Counted from the first letter of the stretch, positions 51,065 through 58,944 are shown. The stretch: DNA of 58,944 nt from Gemmatimonadaceae bacterium (GCA_035760785.1 DASTSH010000160.1:1-58944); one strand, 5' to 3'. A program made the numbers and translations. The notes: generated by a model from the letters alone, not told the origin.

Positions 51065-51376
51065 ATGTATCTGATCCGCGAGATCATGTACTGCAAGCCG
51101 GGCAAGGTGCGCCCGATGGTCGAGAAGTTCACGGCGATGTCGCGGGTGGGCGAGAGGCTCGGCATGCCACGCATGCGCGTCATGACCGACTTCTCCGCCG
51201 AGCGGTACTGGACCGTGGTCGCGGAGATGGAGGTGCCGGACCTTCAGGCGTTCGAGCAGATGATGTCGTCGCCCCAGGGCTCGGCGGAGGACATGAAGCA
51301 GATGGAGGAGATCATGCAGGGGTATCACGATCTCGTGGACTACGGGAAGCGGGAGATCTACCGGATCGAGGGGTGA
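51065..51376 (+). CDS. small hypothetical protein (possibly ferredoxin-like alpha+beta barrel)
   Basis: ATG at 51065 follows GGAGGG, inside ORF 50723..51376. Sequence: MYLIREIMYCKPGKVRPMVEKFTAM...YWTVVAEMEVPDLQAFEQMM. Confidence 0.65.
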   Translation: MYLIREIMYCKPGKVRPMVEKFTAMSRVGERLGMPRMRVMTDFSAERYWTVVAEMEVPDLQAFEQMMSSPQGSAEDMKQMEEIMQGYHDLVDYGKREIYRIEG

Positions 51377-51412
51377 GCGCCGCTGGACGCCGCCCCCAGC
51401 GGCCGGCTTTCG

Positions 51413-51886
51413 CTAGCGACTGGATGCGTGGTCAGGCGCGCGGAACGGCCAGAGATGACTGAGAAGGATGCCGCCGACGAGGGCGAGCCCGAGCGACACC
51501 AGTCCAGCGGGCCAGGTCAGCAGCAGCCGCAGTGGCCGGCTCGAGTGATCTCTGACGGCCAGAGCGAGCGCGAGGAGAATCTCCAGGGTACCCACGCTCG
51601 CGGCGGCCGCTACGGCTCGCCCGTGGCGCCCGAGCCTCTGGACGCATTGCACCTCGAGCAAGCCGTAGCAGAGCCCCAGCCACGCGAGGGCCGCCGTACC
51701 CGCGATGACATGGATCACGAAGTCGTGCCACGGAAGTGTGCCCTGCAGCTGGTCCACATAGCGCCACACGTCGGACAGCGAGAAGAGCGCACCGACAGCG
51801 GCGGTCGCAATCGGAAGCTGGACCACGCGTGGCCAATGTTCGAAATCCGGAACCGACGGCAATTTCGACCTCCTCACGGGCACCAT
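51413..51886 (-). CDS. membrane protein (4 TM)
   Basis: ORF track 51413..51943. I chose the ATG at 51886. Confidence 0.55.
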   Translation of the reverse strand: MVPVRRSKLPSVPDFEHWPRVVQLPIATAAVGALFSLSDVWRYVDQLQGTLPWHDFVIHVIAGTAALAWLGLCYGLLEVQCVQRLGRHGRAVAAAASVGTLEILLALALAVRDHSSRPLRLLLTWPAGLVSLGLALVGGILLSHLWPFRAPDHASSR

Positions 51887-51932
51887 CCCTTCAACTGGCG
51901 TGATCGCTCGGTGAACACGACGGCGGCATCGT

Positions 51933-52889
51933 TCATTCCCCACGCGCGTACCAGTCCACCACCCGCATCGCGCGCAGCGTGATCCAACGATTCGGCGCGC
52001 CGACTGGTCCAGCCAGCTCCTCGTGCAGCGTCCTGCGGTGTCGCACGTCGAGCGGCCAGCGCCCGTCGCCCTGGCGCCGCTCGCGCACGATCGCGATGGC
52101 CTCGTCCACTCGCGCGTCCGGCCTCACGCCCGCCGCGCGCAGGTAGTCGAGCGCGCGGAGCACGTCGTAGTGCCAGAGCGTCGGGAACGCGAACCGCGTC
52201 CACGCCGGGTCGATGATCTCGCCGGTCGACAATCTGCGGAGCAGGCGACGCTCGAGGAGATACTCCTCCGCGCGCCCGCGCGCGTCCGTGACCGCCGGCG
52301 CGGCGCCGAACGCCTGCTCGAAGGCGAGCAGCCCTTCGAGCACGCAGAGGGTCGTGTGGAACGACGACCGCACGGAGCCGCGCTCCGCCTCGCAGTTCCA
52401 GCCGCCATCCGCAAGCTGCTCGCTCAACAGGCGATCGACCAGCCGGTCGCTGCGCGCGCCGAAGTACGCGCCGAGCGCGACGACTCGGCCGTTGATGCAC
52501 GGCTCGACCTCACCCTCGAAGAAGGGCGAGTCTCCGAATCCGGGCCCCCAGGTGACGTGCTCGCGAACGCGATCGATCGCGGCGCCTGCACGCTCGCTCG
52601 CCGGGTCGAGTCCCAGGTCGCGCAGGAACACCAGCGTGTACATGTTCGACCACCAGAACGGCGTGGCGACGCCATCGCCCCACTGGCCGTCGGGGCGCTG
52701 CTGGTCGAGCAGCAGCCGCCCCCACCCCTCCGTCGCGACGCGCGACCGCTCGGCCGCGACGAGGTCCGGGGGCGCGCCGGTGAGGTCGCGCATGACCTGC
52801 CAGCGGATCGAGGGGTCGGCGTCGAGGAGCCAGTCGATGACGGCGTCGCTCGAGGATCGAGAGTGCGTGTCGCCATGCGTGAACGTCAT
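51933..52889 (-). CDS. prenyltransferase/squalene-oxidase-repeat (alpha/alpha toroid) protein
   Basis: ORF track 51933..52889. Repeats of the type QRPDGQWGD, QLADGGWNC and RQGDGRWPL are present. Confidence 0.75.
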   Translation of the reverse strand: MTFTHGDTHSRSSSDAVIDWLLDADPSIRWQVMRDLTGAPPDLVAAERSRVATEGWGRLLLDQQRPDGQWGDGVATPFWWSNMYTLVFLRDLGLDPASERAGAAIDRVREHVTWGPGFGDSPFFEGEVEPCINGRVVALGAYFGARSDRLVDRLLSEQLADGGWNCEAERGSVRSSFHTTLCVLEGLLAFEQAFGAAPAVTDARGRAEEYLLERRLLRRLSTGEIIDPAWTRFAFPTLWHYDVLRALDYLRAAGVRPDARVDEAIAIVRERRQGDGRWPLDVRHRRTLHEELAGPVGAPNRWITLRAMRVVDWYARGE

Positions 52890-52953
52890 GCGGTCGTGGT
52901 TTCCGTACGAGCGTTGGCCCCGAGATGCGGGCGTGGGTGGAGCCGCGGCGGAA

Positions 52954-53238
52954 TCACAGGCACACTCCCCGCACCCCGCACAGCACCGCGAGCGCGTAGA
53001 GCCACAGCAGGACGAAGCCGACGGCGAGAAACGCCAGCAGGAGCACCGCGCGGCCGGATCGGCGCGTGAGATGCAACACGAACGGGACGCCCGTCAAGAG
53101 GCTCAGCACGTACGGGCCCGTCTGCGCGACCAGTGAATTGCCAGCCGGCCGTGGCCAGACCCACAGGAGGTAGGCCGTCATCGCGATGAGAGGGAGGCCG
53201 ATCGCGGCCGCCAATGCCCAGCGGTCCTTCAGGGTCAT
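52954..53238 (-). CDS. small membrane protein (3 TM)
   Basis: ORF track 52954..53238. Confidence 0.6.
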   Translation of the reverse strand: MTLKDRWALAAAIGLPLIAMTAYLLWVWPRPAGNSLVAQTGPYVLSLLTGVPFVLHLTRRSGRAVLLLAFLAVGFVLLWLYALAVLCGVRGVCL

Positions 53239-53303
53239 GGGACTCCGGTCGGTTGCGGACGAACGACAGGGCGCAGTCGCAAAGCCGCGGGGCCGCGGCC
53301 GCG

Positions 53304-53714
53304 TCAGAAGAAATCGCGCAGAAACGCCGCCGCGTCATCCGAGATGCCGGCGATCTTGTTCGTCGCCTGCCGGTAGAACTTGAAGTTCAGCTCGGTCTCG
53401 GGTCGCCCGTCGTTCCAGTCGGAAAACGCCTTGAGCTCCCGCCGCCCGAGGCGCCGCTTTGCGATGGCGGTGCGCTTGATGGTGATGCTCACGCGCGGCG
53501 TCTGCCGGGCGATCCCACTCTGCTTCGCGATCGCTTCGGCCGAGGTGACGATGCCGCTCGCGATGAGACCAGGGCCGCCTTCGTTCTCGCTCGCGAAGAT
53601 GAAGATCGTGTCACCTTCGGCGATGTGCTTGCCACCGTACATCGTCTTCTGGGCGCTGAACGCGAAGGTCTCCGCGCACGGGTCGTCGACTTCGGCTTTG
53701 ATCGCGAAGATCAT
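53304..53714 (-). CDS. hypothetical protein in a visibly lower-GC gene
   Basis: ORF track 53304..53714. Sequence: MIFAIKAEVDDPCAETFAFSAQKTMYGGKHIAEGDTIFIFASENEGGPGLIASGIV... A hand count of the first 60 nt gives about 58% GC. It is possibly a PUA/EVE-like fold, but that is only a guess. Confidence 0.65.
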   Translation of the reverse strand: MIFAIKAEVDDPCAETFAFSAQKTMYGGKHIAEGDTIFIFASENEGGPGLIASGIVTSAEAIAKQSGIARQTPRVSITIKRTAIAKRRLGRRELKAFSDWNDGRPETELNFKFYRQATNKIAGISDDAAAFLRDFF

Positions 53715-53812
53715 GTTCCTCGGCTCGCATCGTTGATCGCATGCCCGCGTGCGGAGTCGGTGGCCGAAGCGTCCGCTCCATCATCAGCTCACCGATCCGC
53801 TACATCGACTCA

Positions 53813-54217
53813 TCAGGTAGCCGCGCGAGAGCGCCGCCCCCGCGAGACGACCGCCGCCTCGAGGAGCGCGGCGCCCGCGACGCCCAGCGCATAGGCCGCG
53901 AGGTCACGCGGGTCGAACCCGCTCCCCAGCACGAGTTGCCCGATCCCCGTCGCGCGAAGCGCGTCGAGCCACGGCGTATGGTACAGCTGACTCACCTCGA
54001 CCGCCACGCAGATCGCATACGCCGCCCAGCACCGCTTCGCCAGCCGGGCGCCGGGAGCCAGCGCGCCCACCCACCAGGCGATCATCGACGCCCAGAGCGC
54101 ATCGCCAAGGACGTCCAGCGCGGCCGGCCCGAGCGCACCGCCGCGTACGTGCACGAGCAGCCCGACCGCGATCGTCGCCAGCGCTGCCGCGATGTAGCCC
54201 GTGCGCGCACGAGACAT
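53813..54217 (-). CDS. DUF2809 domain membrane protein
   Basis: ORF track 53813..54217. YIAAALATIAVGLLVH...LGDALWASMIAWWV...EVSQLYHTPWLDALRAT..GQLVLGSGFDPRDL is typical of DUF2809. Confidence 0.75.
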   Translation of the reverse strand: MSRARTGYIAAALATIAVGLLVHVRGGALGPAALDVLGDALWASMIAWWVGALAPGARLAKRCWAAYAICVAVEVSQLYHTPWLDALRATGIGQLVLGSGFDPRDLAAYALGVAGAALLEAAVVSRGRRSRAAT

Positions 54218-54295
54218 TGGTGATCTGAAGGTCGGAAACTGGTGGTCCAGCGAGATCCGTGAACGAGGGCCCCGGCTACCGCCGCCGCGCCGCGA

Positions 54296-55141
54296 TCACA
54301 CGGTCGCGATGACGATGGACACGCGGCGCGGTGCCGGCAACCCGTCGGCACGTCCCGCGTAGTACCGCCGCACGGCCTCCTCACGCGAGAGAAACCGCGC
54401 GTCGGAGAAGCCGAGCGACCGCAGCATCGTGCCGACGCCATCCGGCGTGAAGTAGCTGATCCACGGCTCGCCGAGCGATGCGGCGCCTTCGGCGAGCTTC
54501 GCCCCCGGCGACTCGGCGTCGGGGTTCGGCTGCGCGAACGTGAACACGATCTCGCTCCCCTTCGGGAACGTCAGCACGGCACGCAGCGTGGCCTCGATCG
54601 CATCTCGCGTGAGGTACATCGTGACGCCGAGCCAGGAGAAGAACGTGCGCTTCGCGGTGTCGACGCCGGCGCGCGCGAGCCCCGCGGCGAGCGTCTCGCG
54701 CTCGAAGTCGATGCCGGCGAAGCGCAGGTTCGCCGGGATCTCGATTCCCGTCGCGGCGAGCGCCGCGCACTTCGCCCCCTGGCTCGCCGGGTGGTCGACT
54801 TCGACGATCGCGAGACTGCGTGCCCACGCCGGTTGCCGGTAGGCGAAGGTGTCGAGTCCCGCACCGAGCAGCACGTACTGCTCGGCGCCGTTCTCGACGG
54901 CCGTCCCGAGCGCATCCTCGGCGAACCGGCTCCGCAGGACCACGTGCGAGCGCAGTCCGCGCATGGCCGGCGTCTGCAACTCGTCGGCGCGCGCGCGGAT
55001 CTGTGCCACGATCTCCTCATCGAGCAGCCGCGCGACCACCGTGTCGTTCAACACGGGCGGCTCGCCATCGATGAGGAGGTGCGCCGCCCGCAGCGCGGCG
55101 ACCCCGCGCGCGGTGCGGCTCGCGGCGCGCGGGGCGTCCAT
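54296..55141 (-). CDS. class I SAM-dependent methyltransferase (LCM/TIGR00027 O-methyltransferase-like)
   Basis: ORF track 54296..55231. I chose the ATG at 55141. Sequence: ARGVAALRAAH ... QYVLLGAGLDTFAYR ... EVDHPASQ ... FSWLGVTMYLT. Confidence 0.85.
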   Translation of the reverse strand: MDAPRAASRTARGVAALRAAHLLIDGEPPVLNDTVVARLLDEEIVAQIRARADELQTPAMRGLRSHVVLRSRFAEDALGTAVENGAEQYVLLGAGLDTFAYRQPAWARSLAIVEVDHPASQGAKCAALAATGIEIPANLRFAGIDFERETLAAGLARAGVDTAKRTFFSWLGVTMYLTRDAIEATLRAVLTFPKGSEIVFTFAQPNPDAESPGAKLAEGAASLGEPWISYFTPDGVGTMLRSLGFSDARFLSREEAVRRYYAGRADGLPAPRRVSIVIATV

Positions 55142-55208
55142 CGTCCCCGCGTCGTCGAGCGACGTCACGAGTGGTGTTCCGGGTGTGTCGTGCCGCACGG
55201 CATCACCT

Positions 55209-55601
55209 TCACTGGGGCTCGGAGAGCGCACTGATCGTCACGTAGTATCCATCCGGATCCCGGAGGGAGAACTCCGCCGTTCGAGTGTTCGGGTTCACAT
55301 GCGGCTCCTCTTCGAACCGGTCGACGAGCGTGCGTGCCCGCTTCAGGGCCATGTCGTAGTCGTCGACACGGAAGAACAGGAGGAGGCCGTTGCCAGGCGA
55401 TGCCTCGTCCGGGCTCCTCAAGGAGGGATGCTCATGCGCGCCCCACTGGTGGAGGCAGAGCAGGACGGTTCCGTCGGCATCCAGGATCTGACCGAAGTAG
55501 TCATGCGCCGGAAGCCTTTCGGGCTGGCTGAAGAGCGACTGGTACCATCTGAAGCTGGAGGGAACGTCGCGAACGCCGATGACCGTCCATGTGCGTTTCA
55601 T
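55209..55601 (-). CDS. VOC (glyoxalase fold) family protein
   Basis: ATG at 55601 follows GGAGGAGG, inside ORF 55209..55850. Sequence: MKRTWTVIGVRDVPSSFRWYQSLF ... EFSLRDPDGYYVTI. Confidence 0.85.
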   Translation of the reverse strand: MKRTWTVIGVRDVPSSFRWYQSLFSQPERLPAHDYFGQILDADGTVLLCLHQWGAHEHPSLRSPDEASPGNGLLLFFRVDDYDMALKRARTLVDRFEEEPHVNPNTRTAEFSLRDPDGYYVTISALSEPQ

Positions 55602-55729
55602 CGTACCTCCTCCGCCATGAGGAGACGCGGCAGCACCTCGTCGTTGTCGGCCAGGTGCGCCGCGACGATGGCATTCACCGCTGGGTGCGCAGCCTGGAGA
55701 TCGCGAAGGATGTCGCCGGTCGAACACAC
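55598..55729 (-). CDS. 43-aa ORF coupled to the VOC gene (possible gene remnant)
   Basis: Not in the ORF track. It starts at GTG 55729 and its stop overlaps the VOC ATG (ATGA). Sequence: (M)CSTGDILRDLQAAHPAVNAIVAAHLADNDEVLPRLLMAEEVR. GC3 is about 80% by hand. Confidence 0.3.
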   Translation of the reverse strand: MCSTGDILRDLQAAHPAVNAIVAAHLADNDEVLPRLLMAEEVR

Positions 55730-55904
55730 CGAAGGCTGTCGAAAAGTGGAGGCTCGTGCTCATCTGACGCCGGGTGCACCGGCGAGCACTGACTGCCCGA
55801 GCGCAATGATGGTCGTTTCGGCTTGCGCTCGCCAGTTGTTCGCCAGGCACTCGTACTTTGCCGCGCGCGCGCCCGGTGCAACGACTCGTTGACTTGCCCG
55901 CCTG

Positions 55905-56621
55905 CTACCAGTGCCGCAGCCGAGCCACGAGCCCAATGGCGTCCATACACGCGTGGGCGGCAACGACCGGCCAGAGCCGCCGCGTCCGGATGTAGTACCA
56001 CGTGAAGACGACGGCGATCGGCAAGATCCCGATCACCGCGAGCGATCCCTGGTACGTATGCACCGCGAATCGGAGCGCCACGCTCACCAACGCCGCGGCG
56101 CGCCACCCGACGCGCGGCTGCAGGCGTTGCACGAAGTAGCCGAGCCAGAGCAGCTCCTCGAAGACCGGGTTGATCAGCGAGAGCAAGACGATCGCCAGCG
56201 GACCGGCGGCAGGTCCGGGGAACGGACGGTCCGCCGCCATCGCGGATGCGGTGTGCGGATTGATCGCCGCGAAGCAGATCCACACGAAGGCGCAGCTCGC
56301 GTAGGCGCCCAGAAGCACTCCGAGGCCCCGCAACATGTCGACAGGCGTAGGACGACCGGCGATCGTGACCGGATCCCAGCCACGCCGTCGCAGAATCGGG
56401 ACGAGGACGGCGGCCAACAGGACTTCGTAGAACAGAAGGGAGTAGAGATGGCGGTCGGTGAACGCATACGTCCTGATGGCCATTGCCCCTCGCCACCACC
56501 AGCGAGCGAGCATGAGGCCGACCGTGAGCGCCGCGACGATACAGACCTCGAGCCACTCCGACCGATGCTCTCGCTCCGCCTCTTCGCCCTGCTCCGGAGC
56601 TGTCGCCAGTTCGCTCATCAA
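55905..56621 (-). CDS. CPBP family intramembrane glutamic endopeptidase (CAAX protease-like)
   Basis: ORF track 55905..56621. It has the motif 1 region LINPVFEELLWLGY plus downstream His motifs (RFAVHTY, AAHACMD). Confidence 0.85.
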   Translation of the reverse strand: MMSELATAPEQGEEAEREHRSEWLEVCIVAALTVGLMLARWWWRGAMAIRTYAFTDRHLYSLLFYEVLLAAVLVPILRRRGWDPVTIAGRPTPVDMLRGLGVLLGAYASCAFVWICFAAINPHTASAMAADRPFPGPAAGPLAIVLLSLINPVFEELLWLGYFVQRLQPRVGWRAAALVSVALRFAVHTYQGSLAVIGILPIAVVFTWYYIRTRRLWPVVAAHACMDAIGLVARLRHW

Positions 56622-56771
56622 TTACAGGGTGATTGTCGGGCTGCGTCCGAGTTCGGCTGCAAGGGCGCCGACGTGAGCGCCCGGACGATCAGGGTCACAC
56701 CTGAAGGCGAGCGGCGCAGGCGCCGCGCCGCAAGCCCGCTCGACAACTCGAGTACCGGTTGCTGCGACACG

Positions 56772-57239
56772 TCAGGTCGCGTGCACGGGAGTCGCGAGCG
56801 GTCGGGTGAGGAGCAGGTGCCCGCTCTCGACGTAACCGGCGCGCGCGTACAGCCGCCGGGCATCCTGGCTCTCCGGCCCGACCTCCACGTGCAACGCGCG
56901 CACCCCCTTCCGCGCGGCCTCGGCCCGCGCCGCGGCGAGCAGCCCCGCGCCCGCCCCGCGCCTCCGAGAGGCTGGGCGCACGTAGAGGTCATCGATGAAT
57001 CCGCGCAGGCCGCCGTACTCCATGCTGAAGGACAGCGTCAGGACGAGGTACCCGGCGGCTGCGCCGCCGTCCAGCGCGAGCCAGACATCGCCGAGCCGAG
57101 GATCCGCCAGTAACGCCCCGAAGGCCCCGGCGGCTGCCTCCTCCGGCAGCGAGAAGCCCGCCTCGGCGTAGAACTCCCGCATGAGCGCCACCAGCGTCGG
57201 TACGTCCCCTGCACTCGCCGGCCGCACTTCCACTGCCAT
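56772..57239 (-). CDS. GNAT family N-acetyltransferase
   Basis: ATG at 57239 inside ORF 56772..57308. Sequence: LYVRPASRRRGAGAGLLAAARAEAARKG ... ARRLYARAGY. Confidence 0.85.
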   Translation of the reverse strand: MAVEVRPASAGDVPTLVALMREFYAEAGFSLPEEAAAGAFGALLADPRLGDVWLALDGGAAAGYLVLTLSFSMEYGGLRGFIDDLYVRPASRRRGAGAGLLAAARAEAARKGVRALHVEVGPESQDARRLYARAGYVESGHLLLTRPLATPVHAT

Positions 57240-57362
57240 GCCACCTCCCGATCGATGACGGACGGAGCCGCCGAACGCGAACCTCACCGACAAGCGCCGC
57301 TCGTCCATGTCCAGGATCGTCCGTCGGGCGCGATCGCGTTCAGCGTCAGCGCCGTCGCCTCG

Positions 57363-57788
57363 TCAATCGGCGGGCGGGCGGGGCTCGCTGGTACGCGCGG
57401 CGCCTGACTTGGGGAACGCCAACCGATCCCCCGCCACCAGAAAGCCGAGGATTCCGCCCACGAGCGCGAAAGCGGGAGCGGGGAACAGGAGCGCGGCGGC
57501 GCTCCCGCCGACCACGGCGCCCAGCGTCAGATGGGCAAAGAGTCGTCCAATGGGTACGTGCCGCCAGGGGGTGAGCGTCGCCAGCGGGGCGAGGACCGCG
57601 CCACAGGCGCCGCCGATGAACGCGCCCAGGATTGCACCGAAGCGCCACTGCGACATGTCGAACTGCCCCTCCCGGATGCTGATCGCGAAGACGAGCGCGT
57701 CGAGGGCGATCGCGCCCGCGAGCGCGCCAAGGGGCATGCCAGCGAGCGCAAGCCCAAGCAGGACAGTGATCACTCGGCGTGTGGGCAT
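57363..57788 (-). CDS. membrane protein (4 TM, Gly/Ala-rich)
   Basis: ORF track 57363..57788. Confidence 0.6.
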   Translation of the reverse strand: MPTRRVITVLLGLALAGMPLGALAGAIALDALVFAISIREGQFDMSQWRFGAILGAFIGGACGAVLAPLATLTPWRHVPIGRLFAHLTLGAVVGGSAAALLFPAPAFALVGGILGFLVAGDRLAFPKSGAARTSEPRPPAD

Positions 57789-57895
57789 GCCTTTCCGATC
57801 GAGGGTGTCGTCAGGTCGCCGCCGCGGCGACGGGCGTCTTCGCGCGGAGGCGATAATGGAGCCGCTGGCGCCGCGTCGTCAGGCGCAAGCCGTGG

Positions 57896-58300
57896 TCAGA
57901 CCGCCGCTCGCGTGCTCGCCCCGTCCGAGGCGACGGCGGCGAGCACGAGCGCCAGCGCCGCGGGCAGGTAGAACAGCCCCACGCTCGCGGCCCCCAGTAA
58001 GACGAACACGCCGAGCAGGACGGCAGCCGCCCCGGCGAGCCGGCGACGCGTTGCGGGCCGCCTGGCGAGCAAGGGGAGCGCGGTCAGGAGAACGGGCAGC
58101 AGTAGCGCGATGAGGGCGCGCGGGCCATTCACCGCCAGCAGGGTCGCGGTGCCGGTCGCCTCCACCCGTGTGGGAGCCTGCTCGGCGCTCACGTGGATGG
58201 CCGAGGTGGCCCATCGGTAAGCAGGCCCCAGGAGGAAATACGCCGCCACAGCGGCGGCCCAGGCCAGCGCGAACCAGCCCGCCACGCGGCGGACGCTCAT
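57896..58300 (-). CDS. membrane protein (4 TM)
   Basis: ORF track 57896..58300. The ATG follows GAGGAGGA. Confidence 0.6.
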   Translation of the reverse strand: MSVRRVAGWFALAWAAAVAAYFLLGPAYRWATSAIHVSAEQAPTRVEATGTATLLAVNGPRALIALLLPVLLTALPLLARRPATRRRLAGAAAVLLGVFVLLGAASVGLFYLPAALALVLAAVASDGASTRAAV

Positions 58301-58522
58301 GAGTCCTCCTCTATTCTTCGCTGTCCGTCCTACCTGACGCGGAGCTCACCGGCAAGCGCCAGCTCGCCAGGCGAATAGATGCAAGATCCGAATGACTCTC
58401 GCCAGCCTCTCACCTGGAGGCCCATCCGCGCCCGTCCGGCGCAGCGACGCGTCAGAGTTAGGAGCGCGGCGTGAGCGCGCATTCCGTGGCCCTTCCGTCT
58501 ACTGCAGCGCTTCGCGAGATGG

Positions 58523-58699
58523 TTAAGGCTCGGCGCTGAACCGGTCCAGGAGCGCCCCGAGCGCGAGAAACTCGTCCTCGCCCTCCGGCTCTCCGGCGAT
58601 GGCGTCCTGGTACGCTTGGACTGCTCGGTATTCACGTTCGGACCGGATCGTGCCACGGGCCCGTACCTTTGCTATCAGGGCCTGGTCGCGTTCCCTCAC
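58523..58699 (-). CDS. 58-aa helical small protein
   Basis: Not in the ORF track. GTG at 58699 overlaps the upstream stop (GTGA). Sequence: (M)RERDQALIAKVRARGTIRSEREYRAVQAYQDAIAGEPEGEDEFLALGALLDRFSAEP. It loosely resembles the helical N-terminal region of HigA-type antitoxins, from memory. Confidence 0.4.
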   Translation of the reverse strand: MRERDQALIAKVRARGTIRSEREYRAVQAYQDAIAGEPEGEDEFLALGALLDRFSAEP

Positions 58700-58797
58700 A
58701 TGGGACCGGGCTCTTCGCGCTCGAGGGCGGCGATCATCAGGAGGGCGCGCTCGCGGAGCTCGGACGCGTTCTCCCGCTTGGACGGCGGACGCGTCAT
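58696..58797 (-). CDS. 33-aa small ORF
   Basis: ATG at 58797 inside ORF 58696..58878, overlapping the upstream stop by 1 nt (TGATG). Sequence: MTRPPSKRENASELRERALLMIAALEREEPGPM. Confidence 0.3.
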   Translation of the reverse strand: MTRPPSKRENASELRERALLMIAALEREEPGPM

Positions 58798-58944
58798 CAC
58801 TCGCCGGCCTTGTCCCAGAACCGCGCCAGCGCGCCGGAGCGCGCCGTGGCGGCGTAGACCGGGGCCATGAGAATACACAGCACCACGACGAGGGCCAGCA
58901 GGCCTGGCAGCGGCGGAGGGTCCGGACGCAGCGCGATGAGCGGG
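58797..58944 (-). CDS. C-terminal end of a membrane protein whose start lies beyond the right edge
   Basis: My hand translation gives ...PLIALRPDPPPLPGLLALVVVLCILMAPVYAATARSGALARFWDKAGE*, with high GC3. Confidence 0.4.
   Translation of the reverse strand, partial: PLIALRPDPPPLPGLLALVVVLCILMAPVYAATARSGALARFWDKAGE

Noticed and set aside
24000-58944. Chromosomal integron cassette array or CALIN. The content fits: same-orientation small GNAT, VOC, DinB, cupin, TA-like and lipoprotein genes.
   Set aside because: No intI-like tyrosine recombinase is present in the window. In the intergenic regions I read (for example 25270-25386, 26315-26438, 27012-27145, 28123-28285, 36537-36655) I found only ordinary GC hairpins. 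I found no shared RYYYAAC...GTTRRRY attC architecture or conserved repeat. Many unrelated neighbours overlap by 1-14 nt, which is incompatible with one-gene cassettes separated by attC sites. A covariance-model scan would still be worthwhile.
1-58944. CRISPR arrays, tRNA/rRNA genes, IS elements, prophage or integrase genes, and long tandem repeats.
   Set aside because: I recognised none while reading the ORF translations and the intergenic regions larger than about 100 bp. This was a visual pass only, and a computational scan (tRNAscan-SE, Infernal/Rfam, ISEScan, TRF) could still find small elements.

Overview
This is a high-GC (about 70% by eye) bacterial chromosomal segment. The gene content suggests a soil lineage such as Gemmatimonadota, but that is only a guess. 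I call about 95 protein-coding regions. I recognised no rRNA, tRNA, CRISPR array, transposase, integrase or phage genes. I read the intergenic regions by eye and did not scan them computationally.

Landmarks:
- Two cold-shock-style mini-operons, csp-rpsU (5565-5972) and rpsU2-infA (13095-13533). Both have long leaders that share a promoter-proximal terminator hairpin.
- A 1115-aa BNR/sortilin-like exoprotein (6075-9422).
- Carbonic anhydrase plus a large polytopic membrane protein (15616-17920).
- A type IV pilus minor-pilin operon, fimT/gspH-like, pilV-like, pilW-like and a 587-aa PilX-like protein (18812-22709).
- An ECF42-type sigma factor with its hallmark DGPF/YCII partners (48264-50413).

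From about 13.5 kb to the right edge, roughly 75 of my 77 calls lie on the minus strand. They are mostly short genes:
- The same small families recur: GNAT x5 in the window, VOC/glyoxalase x4, cupin x4, DinB x3, YCII x2.
- They are mixed with small membrane proteins, lipoproteins and unrecognisable cytosolic proteins.
- Many are translationally coupled by ATGA/GTGA overlaps.
- Several show decay: an in-frame TGA, a start-less paralog and truncated remnants.

Most long plus-strand ORFs in the track, and the Arg/Ala/Pro/Gly-rich N-terminal extensions of many ORFs, are high-GC artefacts. I trimmed the starts accordingly. All family names come from motif recognition by eye, not from database searches.
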